NCBI GenBank assembly: GCA_963727805.1
Contig: CAVSHF010000003.1
Location: 1,952,001 to 2,016,000, forward strand
Length of the DNA: 64,000 nt
Direction of reading: 5' to 3'
DNA from: an uncultured Nitrospiraceae bacterium
GTDB lineage: Bacteria > Nitrospirota > Thermodesulfovibrionia > Thermodesulfovibrionales > Dissulfurispiraceae
The notes under the pieces: generated by a model
Told to the model about the DNA's origin: nothing
Seen by the model: only the letters and a program-made list of their open reading frames with translations
The model's database searches: none
Program-made: the position numbers and the translations under genes
Shown here: in pieces, positions 11,173 through 22,305 of the stretch
Layout of the letters: each line of letters opens with the position of its first letter
How positions within the stretch are numbered: position 1 is the stretch's first letter

Positions 11173-12341
11173 AAAATAGAAAGATCTGCGTTGTCACCAC
11201 GACCCGGGCCGATTACGGGCTGCTTTACTGGCTCATGAAAGAGATCGACGAGGATCCCGAGCTCGAATTGAGTCTCATCGCAACAGGGATGCATCTGTCG
11301 TCCGAATTCGGTATGACTGTGAGAGAAATCGAGAAAGACGGTTTTCATATCGACAGGCGAATCGAGATGCTGCTTTCTTCAAACAGTGAGAGCGGTATCG
11401 TCAAGTCAATGGGGGTGGCTATGATCTCCTTCGCTGACGCACTGAAGGAGATTGGGCCTGACATCATTGTTCTTTTGGGAGACCGTTTCGAGATCGTTCC
11501 AGTTGCCCTAGCATCGGTTGTATTCAAGATTCCCGTGGCCCATATTCATGGGGGCGAGACCAGTCAAGGGGCCATTGACGAGGCCTTCAGGCATGCCGTG
11601 ACCAAGATGGCGAGTATTCATTTTCCGGCAACCGAAACTTATCGAAACAGAATTCTCCAAATGGGAGAGCGGCCCGATCTTACTTTCAATTTAGGGGCTC
11701 CTGGACTTGACTCCATCTACAGACTGCCCTTGTTTGATAAAAGTGAGCTGCAAGAGTCGCTCCAGTTCCGACTGGACGGGACTGTGGCCTTGGTAACCTT
11801 TCATCCAGTGACCACCGAGTCTGGAACCGCCGTGGCGCAGGTTGAAAATCTGCTGATGGCGATCGAAGATGCTGGCATCAGGGCGCTCTTCACCAAAGCC
11901 AACGCCGATGCGGACGGCAGCATCATCAACAGACGACTTGCTGAGTTCTGCCAGAACAGCCCAGATAATTTCAAACTCTTCGACAGCTTGGGACAAACGA
12001 GGTACCTGAGCTGCATGAAAAACCTAGATCTGATGCTCGGAAACTCTTCGAGTGGCCTGATCGAAGCGCCATCTTTCAGATTGCCCGTCGTCAACATAGG
12101 CGATCGTCAGAAGGGAAGAATGCGGGCCGCCAACGTGATCGATGTCGGCAACTCGGTCGCTGAGATCAAAGGCGGGATAGCCAGGGCAATTTCGATAGAT
12201 TTCAGAAAATCGATTGAAAACATGGTAAACCCCAATGACACATTCCAGGACGGGAAAACGTCCAGGCGGATAAAGGAACAACTGAAGATAATTGAAATCT
12301 CGGAACTGCTGCTCAAAAAAGAGTTTCGGGATATTCTATGA
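11169..12341 (+). CDS. neuC: hydrolysing NDP-sugar 2-epimerase (NeuC/LegG)
   Basis: TRADYGLL, TGMHLS, LGDRFE, HIHGGE, GAIDEAFRHAVTK, GNSSSGLIEAP, NIGDRQKGR. Confidence 0.93.
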   Translation: MKNRKICVVTTTRADYGLLYWLMKEIDEDPELELSLIATGMHLSSEFGMTVREIEKDGFHIDRRIEMLLSSNSESGIVKSMGVAMISFADALKEIGPDIIVLLGDRFEIVPVALASVVFKIPVAHIHGGETSQGAIDEAFRHAVTKMASIHFPATETYRNRILQMGERPDLTFNLGAPGLDSIYRLPLFDKSELQESLQFRLDGTVALVTFHPVTTESGTAVAQVENLLMAIEDAGIRALFTKANADADGSIINRRLAEFCQNSPDNFKLFDSLGQTRYLSCMKNLDLMLGNSSSGLIEAPSFRLPVVNIGDRQKGRMRAANVIDVGNSVAEIKGGIARAISIDFRKSIENMVNPNDTFQDGKTSRRIKEQLKIIEISELLLKKEFRDIL

Positions 12342-12351
12342 GAGGCCCATT

Positions 12352-13422
12352 ATGATCAATACCCTGACGATTAAGCATGGCTCACGAATCAAGGATGCCT
12401 TGAAACAGCTTGAGGAAACTGAACGGAAGACCCTGTTTGTCGTCAATGACGAAGGACGATTAATCGGCACCTTGACTGATGGCGATATTCGTCGTTGGAT
12501 ACTGGCGGAAGGGAGCCTCGATGGGGTAGTTGAGAAAGTCTGCAATAGGTCACCTCGCGTAGCTAGTGTTGATTATGATGCGGAGCAGGTAAGAAAAGAG
12601 ATGCTTGAGAATAAGATCGGATGCATTCCGATTGTAAATGCTGATAGAGAAATCGTCGATGTCCTTTTCTGGGAAAATCTCTTCGGTGAAGGAGTGTCTC
12701 GAAAGCAGGTTAAGCCAATTGAGTTGCCTGTCGTCATAATGGCAGGCGGGAAAGGGACAAGGCTCGACCCGTTCACAAAGATTCTGCCGAAACCGTTGAT
12801 ACCGCTTGGAGACAAAACAGTCATCGAGATCATCATCGACTCCTTCGTGGAGTGCGGTGTAGGAAAATTCTATATCTCCGTCAACTACAAGTCGAAAATC
12901 ATCAAATCGTACTTTGAGGAACTCGATCCAGCGTATGTGATCGAATATATATGTGAGGAAAAGCCGTTGGGCACGGCCGGGAGCCTCAGATATCTCTGCG
13001 GCAAGATCGACACCTCCCTCATAATCACCAACTGCGACGTCATCATTAAGGCCGATTATCATGATATTGTCGAACAACATCTCTCCAGCGGCAATGATAT
13101 CACGCTGGTAGCTTCCCTAAAAAATTACAGTATACCCTACGGCGTCTGTGAGATAGAAAACGGTGGAACCTTAAGCAGAATTAGGGAAAAGCCAGAATAC
13201 AACTTTCTAGTGAATACGGGTCTGTACGTGATCAAGCACGAGACACTGGAACTGATTCCCGAAAATGAGTTCTTCCATATTACGCATCTCATCGAAAAGG
13301 TAAAGGAGGCGGGGGGCAAGATCGGCGTCTATCCCATCAGTGATAAGTCGTGGATAGATACTGGTGAGTGGGCAGAATACAAAAATGCACTAAGTCAGAT
13401 CAATTCTACTTTGAATTCATAA
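12352..13422 (+). CDS. CBS-domain sugar-phosphate nucleotidyltransferase (PtmE-like)
   Basis: GTLTDGDIRR CBS pair, then MAGGKGTRL, PKPLIP, EKPLGTAG, WIDTG; start set at ATG 12352. Confidence 0.88.
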   Translation: MINTLTIKHGSRIKDALKQLEETERKTLFVVNDEGRLIGTLTDGDIRRWILAEGSLDGVVEKVCNRSPRVASVDYDAEQVRKEMLENKIGCIPIVNADREIVDVLFWENLFGEGVSRKQVKPIELPVVIMAGGKGTRLDPFTKILPKPLIPLGDKTVIEIIIDSFVECGVGKFYISVNYKSKIIKSYFEELDPAYVIEYICEEKPLGTAGSLRYLCGKIDTSLIITNCDVIIKADYHDIVEQHLSSGNDITLVASLKNYSIPYGVCEIENGGTLSRIREKPEYNFLVNTGLYVIKHETLELIPENEFFHITHLIEKVKEAGGKIGVYPISDKSWIDTGEWAEYKNALSQINSTLNS

Positions 13423-13445
13423 ACTGCATAAATAGGAATTGCCAA

Positions 13446-14159
13446 ATGCTAAGTGAAAAGAGAATAATCGCGGTGATACCGGCGCGCGGCGGGAGTAAAA
13501 CCGTTCCAGGAAAAAATATTAAGTTTCTGGATGGCAAACCGCTCATTGCGTGGTCCATTGAAGTGGCCCGGAGTGTTGTTGAGATAGATCGGGTTATCGT
13601 GTCGACCGATGATACTGCGATCAAGTCAGTCGCCCTGCAGTATGGCGCCGAGGTTTATGCTCGCCCCGAACATCTCGCAACTGACGAAGCTTTAGTCATC
13701 GATGCACTCCGCGAACTGATCACAAGACTCAGGATAGAAGGGGAGCAGGCAGAGATCATGGTACTGCTTGAGCCGACGTGCCCTTTGCGCACCGCCGGGG
13801 ATATAAGGGACTGTCTTGAGCTAATTGTCGGAGAGGGAACAGATTCGGTTGCAACTTTCAAGAAAGCCGATCTCAACCCGAACCGTGCCTGGAAAATCAT
13901 CGATGGGACACCTGAGGTTTTCATCCCTGGTGCTGTCCCCTGGATACCCCGCCAGAAACTGCCTGAAGCATATCAGCTGAATGGAGCCGTGTATGCCTTC
14001 ATTATCAATCGGCTACAGCCTGACAGTCCGTCGCTGCTGGTTGGAAAACTGGGTGCTGTTATCATGCCCTCGGAACGCTCTGTTGACATCGACGATGAAT
14101 TGGATTTCGAGATTGTTGAGACAATTATCAGAAGAAATAAGAACCGGAGGCAGTCATGA
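13446..14159 (+). CDS. neuA: acylneuraminate/nonulosonate cytidylyltransferase (NeuA/LegF-like)
   Basis: IPARGGSK...[32 protein letters not shown]; start set at ATG 13446. Confidence 0.9.
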   Translation: MLSEKRIIAVIPARGGSKTVPGKNIKFLDGKPLIAWSIEVARSVVEIDRVIVSTDDTAIKSVALQYGAEVYARPEHLATDEALVIDALRELITRLRIEGEQAEIMVLLEPTCPLRTAGDIRDCLELIVGEGTDSVATFKKADLNPNRAWKIIDGTPEVFIPGAVPWIPRQKLPEAYQLNGAVYAFIINRLQPDSPSLLVGKLGAVIMPSERSVDIDDELDFEIVETIIRRNKNRRQS

Positions 14160-14956
14160 GGAAAAGTGTCTTTGATCTCCTGTCCCTCAAGAACCGGACC
14201 GCCCTAGTCACCGGTGGGGCCGGCTATTTAGGGAGCGAGATGAGTTATACATTGGCGGAGCTTGGGGCGAACGTCATTATCGCCAGCCGTGACCTGAAGA
14301 AATGTCAGAAGCTGTGCGAAGAAATAGTCGAGAACGTGGGTAATGGGATTAAGACGCTTGCGATTGAACTCGATCTTCTAGACAAACAGTCAATTATCCG
14401 ATGCTTTGAAGAAATCCACAAACATTTTGATGCAATAGATATCCTGATCAACAATGCTTGGTCGGGCAACAAGAATAGTTGGGAATCAATTGACGATAAG
14501 GATTGGGACTACGACATCAATATGAGCTTGAACTCGAATTTCAGGATTACCAAAATTGCATTCCCTGATCTCGTGAAGACGAAAGGCGTTATTCTCAATA
14601 TCGCCTCGATGTACGGCCATGTAGGTCCGGACTATAGAATATACGACGGCAAGCAATTTACGAACCCACCGAGTTACGGCGCAGCGAAGGCGGGCGTGAT
14701 CCAGTTTACAAAGTACTTAGCGAGCTTTCTTTCTCCACATCAGATCAGGGTGAATGCCCTTAGCCCCGGTGCCTTTCCCCACAAGGAAACCCAGCAGCAC
14801 AAGGATTTTATGGAGCGACTCGGTGCCAAGAACCCCATGAACCGGATCGGCTACCCCCATGAACTGAAGGGGGCCGTGGCTCTGCTCTGCTCCGATGCCG
14901 GCAGCTACATTACCGGCCAGAACATCTGTGTTGATGGTGGGTGGGCTGCATGGTAA
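14156..14956 (+). CDS. SDR oxidoreductase (PtmA-like)
   Basis: [39 protein letters not shown]. Confidence 0.85.
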   Translation: MRKSVFDLLSLKNRTALVTGGAGYLGSEMSYTLAELGANVIIASRDLKKCQKLCEEIVENVGNGIKTLAIELDLLDKQSIIRCFEEIHKHFDAIDILINNAWSGNKNSWESIDDKDWDYDINMSLNSNFRITKIAFPDLVKTKGVILNIASMYGHVGPDYRIYDGKQFTNPPSYGAAKAGVIQFTKYLASFLSPHQIRVNALSPGAFPHKETQQHKDFMERLGAKNPMNRIGYPHELKGAVALLCSDAGSYITGQNICVDGGWAAW

Positions 14957-15873
14957 TAAAATTGGGGATAATAGGCATCAGTGAGGGTAATGGCCACCCT
15001 TTTTCGTTTTCCACGATAATTAACGGTTACTCGGAGGAAGGACTCGCCACTTCGGGGTGGCCGGGTATCCATGACTACGTTAGACGCCGAGACCCCTCCG
15101 AATTCGGCTTCGAGGGGTTACAGGTAACCCACGCGTGGACCCAGGATCCCGACGTAACAAGGAAGCTGTGCAAGGCCTGTATGATTCCAAACCCAGTCAC
15201 AAAGCCGGAAGAAATGATTGGTATCGTCGACGCAGTGATAATCGCACGGGACGACTACGAGAGTCACTTCCGCATGGCAATCCCTTTTCTGAAAGCTGGC
15301 ATGCATGTTTTCGTCGACAAGCCCCTATCTATCGATGTCGATGAGCTCGGACAATTGCGGCAGTACCTGGAGAGCGGAAAGCTCATGTCCTGTTCTGGGA
15401 TGCGCTACGCCCGTGAACTGGACGAGGCCCGTTCCTCGTTGTCGGAATACGGCGAGATCAGACTTATCCGCGGGGCAATCCTTAATTCCTGGGAACAATA
15501 TGGTGTGCACTTAGTGGATGCAATTCTCAACACAGTCCGTACCCAACCGATATCTGTAGTTGCCCTCGCAGCGCCACATGCATCGTTTGCAGTCGCGATG
15601 GATGATGGATCTCTGGTCCAACTTGATGCATTGGGAGACGTATCCAGGTGTTTCAGGGTCGATATCTTCGGGACCAGGAAGATCACATCCCATGAGATAA
15701 CCGACAACTTCTCCATGTTCCGCAGGCTTTTGTGGCACTTTATCCACTCCATTAAAACTGGTGCGCCTGCCATCGACCCGCAGCAAACCCTGACCTCCAT
15801 GCGTCTTCTCATGGCCGGCAGATTAGCCCAATCCGAAGGGAGGAAGATATTCTTAAATGAAATACATATATAA
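14950..15873 (+). CDS. Gfo/Idh/MocA-family oxidoreductase
   Basis: [26 protein letters not shown]; sits between two SDRs with overlapping start/stop codons. Confidence 0.75.
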   Translation: MVIKLGIIGISEGNGHPFSFSTIINGYSEEGLATSGWPGIHDYVRRRDPSEFGFEGLQVTHAWTQDPDVTRKLCKACMIPNPVTKPEEMIGIVDAVIIARDDYESHFRMAIPFLKAGMHVFVDKPLSIDVDELGQLRQYLESGKLMSCSGMRYARELDEARSSLSEYGEIRLIRGAILNSWEQYGVHLVDAILNTVRTQPISVVALAAPHASFAVAMDDGSLVQLDALGDVSRCFRVDIFGTRKITSHEITDNFSMFRRLLWHFIHSIKTGAPAIDPQQTLTSMRLLMAGRLAQSEGRKIFLNEIHI

Positions 15874-16681
15874 GAACATGTTCGATTTGAGTGGCAAGAC
15901 AGCGATCGTTACCGGTGGTCTGGGTATCCTCGGCCGCCGGTTTTGTCAGGGGCTGGCCGAATTTGGAGCCAATGTGGCAGTAGTCGACCTGGACGGGGAA
16001 AAAGCCTCCGAGTATGCCCGGGACTTGGCAAAGCAGTTCGGAGTAGGCGCTGAAGGGATTGCCTGCAACGTCTCCGATCCACTTTCTGCGGGGGCCATGG
16101 TGCAGAAAGTGGTGGAGAGGTTCGGCAAGGTGCATATTCTACATAACAATGCTGCTTCCAAGTCTTCTAACCTGAACGCTTTCTTTGCTCCATTCGAGGA
16201 ATACTCTATAGAAGAGTGGCGTAAGGTCATGGCGGTGAACATCGACGGTATGTTTCTGGTTGCACAAGCAGTCGGCGCGCAGATGATTAAACAGAAATCG
16301 GGGGGCAGTATCATCCAGACTTCTTCTATTTATGGCCTTTACGCTTCGGACAAGCGGATCTACGAGGGATCTTTCTACATGGGAATGCAGATTAGCAATC
16401 CGGCCGTCTATTCGGCTTCCAAGGCAGCTGTCGTTGGCCTTACAAAATATCTGGCCGCCTATTGGGCAGACAAAGGGATACGGGTCAACACCCTAGTCCC
16501 TGCCGGCGTTGAAAGCGGACAAAATGAAACCTTTAAAGAGCGCTATTCCGCACGAGTTCCCTTTGGCCGTATGGCACAGGGTGAAGAGATGGTTGGCGCT
16601 TTGATATACCTTGCTTCAGATGCATCCAGCTATGTGACCGGACAGGATATCGTGATCGACGGCGGTTTGAGCGCTTGGTAA
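15857..16681 (+). CDS. SDR oxidoreductase (PtmA-like)
   Basis: TGGLGILG, HNNAA, YSASKAA, IRVNTL, VTGQDIVIDGG. Confidence 0.85.
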   Translation: MKYIYKNMFDLSGKTAIVTGGLGILGRRFCQGLAEFGANVAVVDLDGEKASEYARDLAKQFGVGAEGIACNVSDPLSAGAMVQKVVERFGKVHILHNNAASKSSNLNAFFAPFEEYSIEEWRKVMAVNIDGMFLVAQAVGAQMIKQKSGGSIIQTSSIYGLYASDKRIYEGSFYMGMQISNPAVYSASKAAVVGLTKYLAAYWADKGIRVNTLVPAGVESGQNETFKERYSARVPFGRMAQGEEMVGALIYLASDASSYVTGQDIVIDGGLSAW

Positions 16682-16903
16682 GATTTGCTGCACCACTTTA
16701 ACGATTTAGAAAGCTCGTGGGGCTGATAATTACCCAATGTTTGAGAAAATAAAACAAAAATATGACCTTCTAATTTCATCGCCGGGTGAGTATGCATTAC
16801 GCGATATCGCAAGCAATCTTAAATTTCGGTTTATTTGCGAAGCTAGAGATTTATTCAGTTCTTATCAATTATTGTCTATATAGATTACAGGAGGTATCCA
16901 AAC

Positions 16904-18697
16904 ATGTCTCGATGGTATCTAACTTCAAGCGAAGATTCATCTATCAACGCTGAATCGGTTTGTGATAAAGCCGGCCTGCGCTCGTCTGGGCATATTTCTG
17001 ACCCCAATTGTCATGCACAAGCCTATATGAAACGCGTCGTTGATGTACCCACTTTTGTTAAATGTGGCGAGAACGATTGGATATGTTCCGCAGGAACAAT
17101 TATCTATAACGGAAGACTCGGCCCTGAAGCATTTCTAGATATGTATTCAGATTTTGTTAAGAGCGGAATCCACGGTGTTCGCTCGCGTGCAATCGGGCAC
17201 TATGCCCTAGCCATCAGGCATAACAATAATGTGACGGTCTTTACAGATCCACAGGGCGCAATAACTTTGTATTACATCAATACCGGTTCGTTCTGGTTTG
17301 TCTCTAATTCACTTGACCTATGTGCCCATGTGTTACCCGTCCGTAGGATTGATCCAATCAAATTAGCTATGACCGCCTTACAAACCTGCACACCAGGAGA
17401 AGATACTTTCTACGCCGGTATTAAGAGACTGTTTGGTACCCAAGTGATAGATATCAACATTAAAGATGGAAAGTTTAGAGTTGACAACATACCAAATATG
17501 GATTCTGCCAAGGCACACAATTATTCATCTCTAGCTGATGCAATTGATCATTACAAATCTGAAGTTAGGGCTGTCTTCCGAGAGTTGGCTGGGGTTGGAT
17601 CGATAGGACTTTTTGGAACGGGGGGACTTGATTCAAGGACTGTCCTAGCTGCATTATTGGATCAGAAAGTGACCCCGCAGATTATGTACGGAGTTGGAAA
17701 CAGCAGACTGACTGACGGCCACCCAACTGATATCAGTGTTGCAAAAAATATCGCTAAAACCTTCAATCTTCCGTTTCAGCAGTTGGATTGGTCAGGAGAA
17801 CAACCATATACGCAAGAAACTTTGCAGGAACTGTTTAAAATGTACGGGTTCCAGTACGAAATATACGGAGCGTCTCAACAATTCTTGCGGAGTATAGGTG
17901 GTGGTATTTCACCTTATCCGAATCTTATCCTCGGTGGAAGTGGTCCTGTATTTACAAACAGGAAGCCATGGCAGTTAGAACAAACAAATTTTTCATTTGA
18001 TGACCTCATCGAGTATGCTATGCCCCTTGATGTTAAGCGTTCGGATTTTCTTTTGAGAGAACCCTACAAATCCTCTTTCAGTCAGGAGGTGAGAATAGGG
18101 TTGCTCCGTGGTCAGATAGACTATCCTGAGACTGGAGCATCCCTGAAAACGTTCGTAAGAGCCTTTCTTTTTCTCTACTTGCGCCCTGAGGCGAGATTCC
18201 TCAACTTTGCTAATGAGTTTTGCCATTACATAAGCCCATTCCTAATGAAGAGGTTGCATGATCCTCTAATTGACGTTCCGTTTGAGTATAGAGCGAAGGA
18301 TAAATTCCAGGTGGGGCTTATTCACGCCCTGACGCCTGACCTGCTGGATCTACCCGTATGCTCCGGTCATAGGAATGCGAGATTTAATCGTGACACATTC
18401 GAGATGATGTTTGTTGAAGAGCAAACACTCCTGGGTCGTCTTGCTAGTGCACTTTTGCCATCCAGTTGCATAGAGCCTGCAAGACAATTTTACCATCGTA
18501 TAAAGCATGCGAAAAGGGAGGAAGTCTTAAAAATACCTGATAGAGATATGCAGATTATTCAGACTTACGGACGACAGGCTATGACTGATCCTATTGCCAA
18601 CGGGTGGTTTAGCTCTGCGTCTAATTTGCACATAAAGTCAGCGGAGCGAATCGCGCACTACCTAGTCGGAGTGAATAGCCTGGGTTATTCAGAGTAG
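16904..18697 (+). CDS. asparagine-synthase-related protein (divergent)
   Basis: GGAGG RBS; Ntn-like N-half (FTDPQG..LYY); PP-loop-like TGGLDSR; no N-terminal Cys. Confidence 0.55.
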   Translation: MSRWYLTSSEDSSINAESVCDKAGLRSSGHISDPNCHAQAYMKRVVDVPTFVKCGENDWICSAGTIIYNGRLGPEAFLDMYSDFVKSGIHGVRSRAIGHYALAIRHNNNVTVFTDPQGAITLYYINTGSFWFVSNSLDLCAHVLPVRRIDPIKLAMTALQTCTPGEDTFYAGIKRLFGTQVIDINIKDGKFRVDNIPNMDSAKAHNYSSLADAIDHYKSEVRAVFRELAGVGSIGLFGTGGLDSRTVLAALLDQKVTPQIMYGVGNSRLTDGHPTDISVAKNIAKTFNLPFQQLDWSGEQPYTQETLQELFKMYGFQYEIYGASQQFLRSIGGGISPYPNLILGGSGPVFTNRKPWQLEQTNFSFDDLIEYAMPLDVKRSDFLLREPYKSSFSQEVRIGLLRGQIDYPETGASLKTFVRAFLFLYLRPEARFLNFANEFCHYISPFLMKRLHDPLIDVPFEYRAKDKFQVGLIHALTPDLLDLPVCSGHRNARFNRDTFEMMFVEEQTLLGRLASALLPSSCIEPARQFYHRIKHAKREEVLKIPDRDMQIIQTYGRQAMTDPIANGWFSSASNLHIKSAERIAHYLVGVNSLGYSE

Positions 18698-18702
18698 CAA
18701 AC

Positions 18703-19806
18703 ATGAATCATCGTTTGCTGTCGCTTGATGCTTTTCGTGGCGTCATAATCATCTGTATGGTGTTGGTCAATTGTCCGGGTGACGAATGGTTAAGATATTC
18801 GATACTGACCCATGCCGTTTGGGACGGCTGGACTATCTCTGATTTGGTTGCCCCTGGCTTTCTCTGGCTTATGGGAGTATCCCTGCCTTTTGCATTGCAC
18901 CGAAGGATGGCGCTTCCCGGAAAGAGCCAGGATATTTTCATTTATATCTTACGCCGGTCCCTCATTATTTTTCTGGTTGGGATGGCATTGAATTTTTTAT
19001 TAATTTATGACTCTCCTAATAAATGGTCAATCATCGCGTTTACGGGTATTCTTCAGCGGATTGGGATTTCCTATTTGATTGCAGCAATGCTATTTGTTAC
19101 CACAGGTATACGGGGACACATGATCTGGATTATTGCTGGGCCTCTGCTTTACTGGGTGTTAGCAATCTCCATATCGGTACCGGGGTTTGGGACAGGCAGA
19201 TTCGATCCTGAAGGTAATGTTGCTTCCTATATTGATTTTCTGCTTCTCGGTCTCCATGGGGACAACTATCATTCCATTCTGAGTCTTCTTACAACAACTG
19301 CAACGGTTTCTTTGGGAGTTCTCACAGGCTCTCTGCTTAAATTGGAATTATCATCTCAAAAAAAATTACTATGGTTGGTTCTATTCGCTATTGTATTATC
19401 CCTGCTGGGAATTCTCGCAGAAAGGTGGGTTCCTATTAACCGTCGACTCTGGACACCGAGCTTTGTTCTGCTGACAGCAGGAATATTAGATATAACTTTC
19501 TGCGTTTTTTATGTGTTTATCGATATGTTAGACTACAAAAAGTGGGCGATTCCCCTTGTTGTATTCGGCTTGAATCCACTATTCATTTTCTCTTTTTCAG
19601 AAATAGGTAGAATACTGGCTAATAAGAAAGGCTTTTTGCTGAGTGGCGGACACTGGATATCGCTCTGGGATTACGCTTATACAATGTTTTTTCTGAGGAT
19701 AGCTAATCCGCTTAATGCATCATTGTTGTTCTCTGTCACTTATGTCTGTATTTTTTTAATGATTGGGTATGTTATGTATTTTAAGCACTGGATTGTGAAA
19801 ATCTAG
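18703..19806 (+). CDS. HGSNAT-like (heparan-alpha-glucosaminide N-acetyltransferase) membrane acyltransferase
   Basis: RLLSLDAFRG, MVLVN, HAVWDGWT.SDLV.P.F, GILQRIG, FDPEG, PINRRLWTPSF, FGLNPL. Confidence 0.8.
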   Translation: MNHRLLSLDAFRGVIIICMVLVNCPGDEWLRYSILTHAVWDGWTISDLVAPGFLWLMGVSLPFALHRRMALPGKSQDIFIYILRRSLIIFLVGMALNFLLIYDSPNKWSIIAFTGILQRIGISYLIAAMLFVTTGIRGHMIWIIAGPLLYWVLAISISVPGFGTGRFDPEGNVASYIDFLLLGLHGDNYHSILSLLTTTATVSLGVLTGSLLKLELSSQKKLLWLVLFAIVLSLLGILAERWVPINRRLWTPSFVLLTAGILDITFCVFYVFIDMLDYKKWAIPLVVFGLNPLFIFSFSEIGRILANKKGFLLSGGHWISLWDYAYTMFFLRIANPLNASLLFSVTYVCIFLMIGYVMYFKHWIVKI

Positions 19807-19982
19807 TATTTTGAAACTGAGGAAGTTGCCAAGAAACCATATTTATAAGGCGTACTATCCACGCATATCAATTTAGGAATAAACTCTCCGTCATTGGCCT
19901 AATAAAATCTCTTGCTTTGTCGGCGGACAATAACTCACATGACCTTTAATCTCTATTCACACTTCCATAGCCATGCCAAAGG

Positions 19983-20972
19983 ATGCCTATGTCTAAAAAA
20001 GTAACAATTGTCATGTATCATTTTATACGGAACCTGAAAAAATCACGCTATCCAGATATCAAGGGTCTGGATCTGTATGAGTTTATTGAGCAGATAAAGT
20101 ACATTCAATCCTTTTATACTGTCATATCCATGGAAGAGCTTATAGCCGCCTCAAGCCCTGATGGAGATCCTTTGCCACCCAACGCGCTTTTGCTAACCTT
20201 TGATGATGGATATATAGATCATTTTATCAATGTATTTCCGTTGCTTGAGAAATATGGCATCCAAGGCTCATTTTTCCCTTCTGCAAAGACTATTACGGAA
20301 TGTCGCGTCCTCGACGTAAACAAGATCCATTTCATTCTCGCAACCGTGGAGGATAAGACACAAATTATCCGAACAATTTTCACCGATATCAAAGAGAACC
20401 AATCCGAGTACGCTCTTGAACAACCCGAATCCTACTATAAGAGACTGGCGCTTCCAGGCCGGTACGATACAGCGGAAGTCGTGTTTATCAAGAGAATACT
20501 TCAGAAAGGCCTCCCGGAAGAGCTCAGGGCAAGAATAGTGAACAAGCTGTTTGCGAAGTTCGTTACCCGTGACGAGGCGGCCTTTGCCACGGAATTGTAT
20601 ATGAGCGTGGAGCAGCTAGAGTGCATGCTGATAAACGGCATGTTCATCGGAAGCCACGGCTTCGGCCACTACTGGCTAGACACCCTCCCGAAGGAGACGC
20701 AGGAAAGGGAGATCGATCTTTCGCTGGAATTCCTAGACAGAATAGGATGTAACCTCGAAAATTGGGTCATGTGCTACCCATATGGTGGGTACAATGACTC
20801 TCTTCTGTCACTTCTGCAAATAAAAGGATGCAGGATCGGTTTGTCAGTAAATGTCGGGATCGCCGATCTGACGGTCGAAAACCCCTTGACTTTATCGCGA
20901 CTCGACACAAACGACCTGCCGAAGTGGGGGGAAGCTGAACCCAACGAATGGACCAGAAAGGTTATAGTCTGA
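19983..20972 (+). CDS. polysaccharide deacetylase (NodB-like)
   Basis: VMYHFIR, LTFDDGYIDH, IGSHGFGH, CYPYG, RLDTND. Confidence 0.85.
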   Translation: MPMSKKVTIVMYHFIRNLKKSRYPDIKGLDLYEFIEQIKYIQSFYTVISMEELIAASSPDGDPLPPNALLLTFDDGYIDHFINVFPLLEKYGIQGSFFPSAKTITECRVLDVNKIHFILATVEDKTQIIRTIFTDIKENQSEYALEQPESYYKRLALPGRYDTAEVVFIKRILQKGLPEELRARIVNKLFAKFVTRDEAAFATELYMSVEQLECMLINGMFIGSHGFGHYWLDTLPKETQEREIDLSLEFLDRIGCNLENWVMCYPYGGYNDSLLSLLQIKGCRIGLSVNVGIADLTVENPLTLSRLDTNDLPKWGEAEPNEWTRKVIV

Positions 20973-21018
20973 CAGAAATGACGCCGGCATTATCAGATTC
21001 AACGAAGGAACTGAAAAC

Positions 21019-22305
21019 GTGAACTTAATGATGAAGATGCTGGAGGATCTGACGCCGCTCAACAGAGTGATCTGCTCTAGCGACTATGACAAAACCATCG
21101 ACTACCTGCAGGGTATACTCCCCTTCAAGGTCATCGAATACTCGTCGCGTTCCGAACACAACGGCTGGGTGATACCGCCGAAGTGGGAAGTGAAGGAGGC
21201 GAAATTAATCAAGGATGGCAAAACCATCTATGACGGCCGGTGGCACCCGCTTGCTGTAATCGCCCTGTCCGCGAGTTTTTGCGGCAAGGTCGGCCTCGAT
21301 GAATTGAAGCGGCACCTCTATTATGACCACCGCTATGAAGACTCACTGACGTTCCATTTCCGGCAGCAGTTCAGAAGTTGGAATCGCGACTGGGGTTTCT
21401 GTGTACCCAAGACCTTCTATGACAGCCTAACGGAGGGCGAATACGAAGTCATTATCGAATCCGTCGAAAGTGAAGGTGTTTTGAAGATGCTCGAATACAC
21501 CCACCGGGGGACGCTAAATGAGTGTATCGCCATCTGCGCCAACCTTGATCACCCCGGCGTCGCTAACGACGGTCTATCGGGCGTCGTCGTCGGCATCGAG
21601 TTGATGAGGAGGCTCTCCGGAAAGACAACCAAATACACGTATAAACTTGTTCTCGCACAAGGGATCATCGGCTCGGAGTACTATCTCGGCAAAGGGAATA
21701 TCGAGGAGCGGGACAAAATCCTCGAATGCATTTGCCTCTGGATGCTCGGCTCACGCACAGGGCTCGCGCTACAAGAATCGCGTGGCGCGTGCTCCAACAT
21801 CGAGCACGCAATTGCCCGGACCATGGATGATCGGGGGATATCGTTCCGGCGCGGCGAGTTCCAGAGCATTATTATTAATGATGAGTATATCTGGGAGGCC
21901 TATGGTATCCCGACCTGCTCTTTGTCGCGCGTTCCATACCCGGAGTATCACTCTTCAAAGGATAACATTTCGATAATAAGCGATGAATGCCTTGAGGAAG
22001 CGGTGAGTGTGCTCGAAGGTGCAGTGGAACTACTTGAGTTAACTGCACTTGTTTATAAGAAATTCGAAGGGAACATCTGCCTGTCCAATCCCCGCTACGA
22101 TCTTTACATAGACCCAGGGCAGGTGTCGTTTGGAGATCACCCGAGCGATCAGAGAAAAAAATTGAGACTACTCATGGACCTTATTCCAACCCTGCTACGG
22201 CCGGTGAGCACTAGTAGATTGGCGGATATTGTAGGATTGGATCAACAAGTGGTTTCAGAGTATTTGAATAAATGGGCCGAAAAAGGCCTCCTGGAAATAC
22301 GATGA
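21019..22305 (+). CDS. DUF4910/DUF2172 aminopeptidase-like protein with C-terminal winged helix
   Basis: WVIPPKWEV, DWGFCVP, NLDHPGVANDGLSG, YPEYHSSKDN; a family commonly seen in polysaccharide loci. Confidence 0.75.
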   Translation: MNLMMKMLEDLTPLNRVICSSDYDKTIDYLQGILPFKVIEYSSRSEHNGWVIPPKWEVKEAKLIKDGKTIYDGRWHPLAVIALSASFCGKVGLDELKRHLYYDHRYEDSLTFHFRQQFRSWNRDWGFCVPKTFYDSLTEGEYEVIIESVESEGVLKMLEYTHRGTLNECIAICANLDHPGVANDGLSGVVVGIELMRRLSGKTTKYTYKLVLAQGIIGSEYYLGKGNIEERDKILECICLWMLGSRTGLALQESRGACSNIEHAIARTMDDRGISFRRGEFQSIIINDEYIWEAYGIPTCSLSRVPYPEYHSSKDNISIISDECLEEAVSVLEGAVELLELTALVYKKFEGNICLSNPRYDLYIDPGQVSFGDHPSDQRKKLRLLMDLIPTLLRPVSTSRLADIVGLDQQVVSEYLNKWAEKGLLEIR

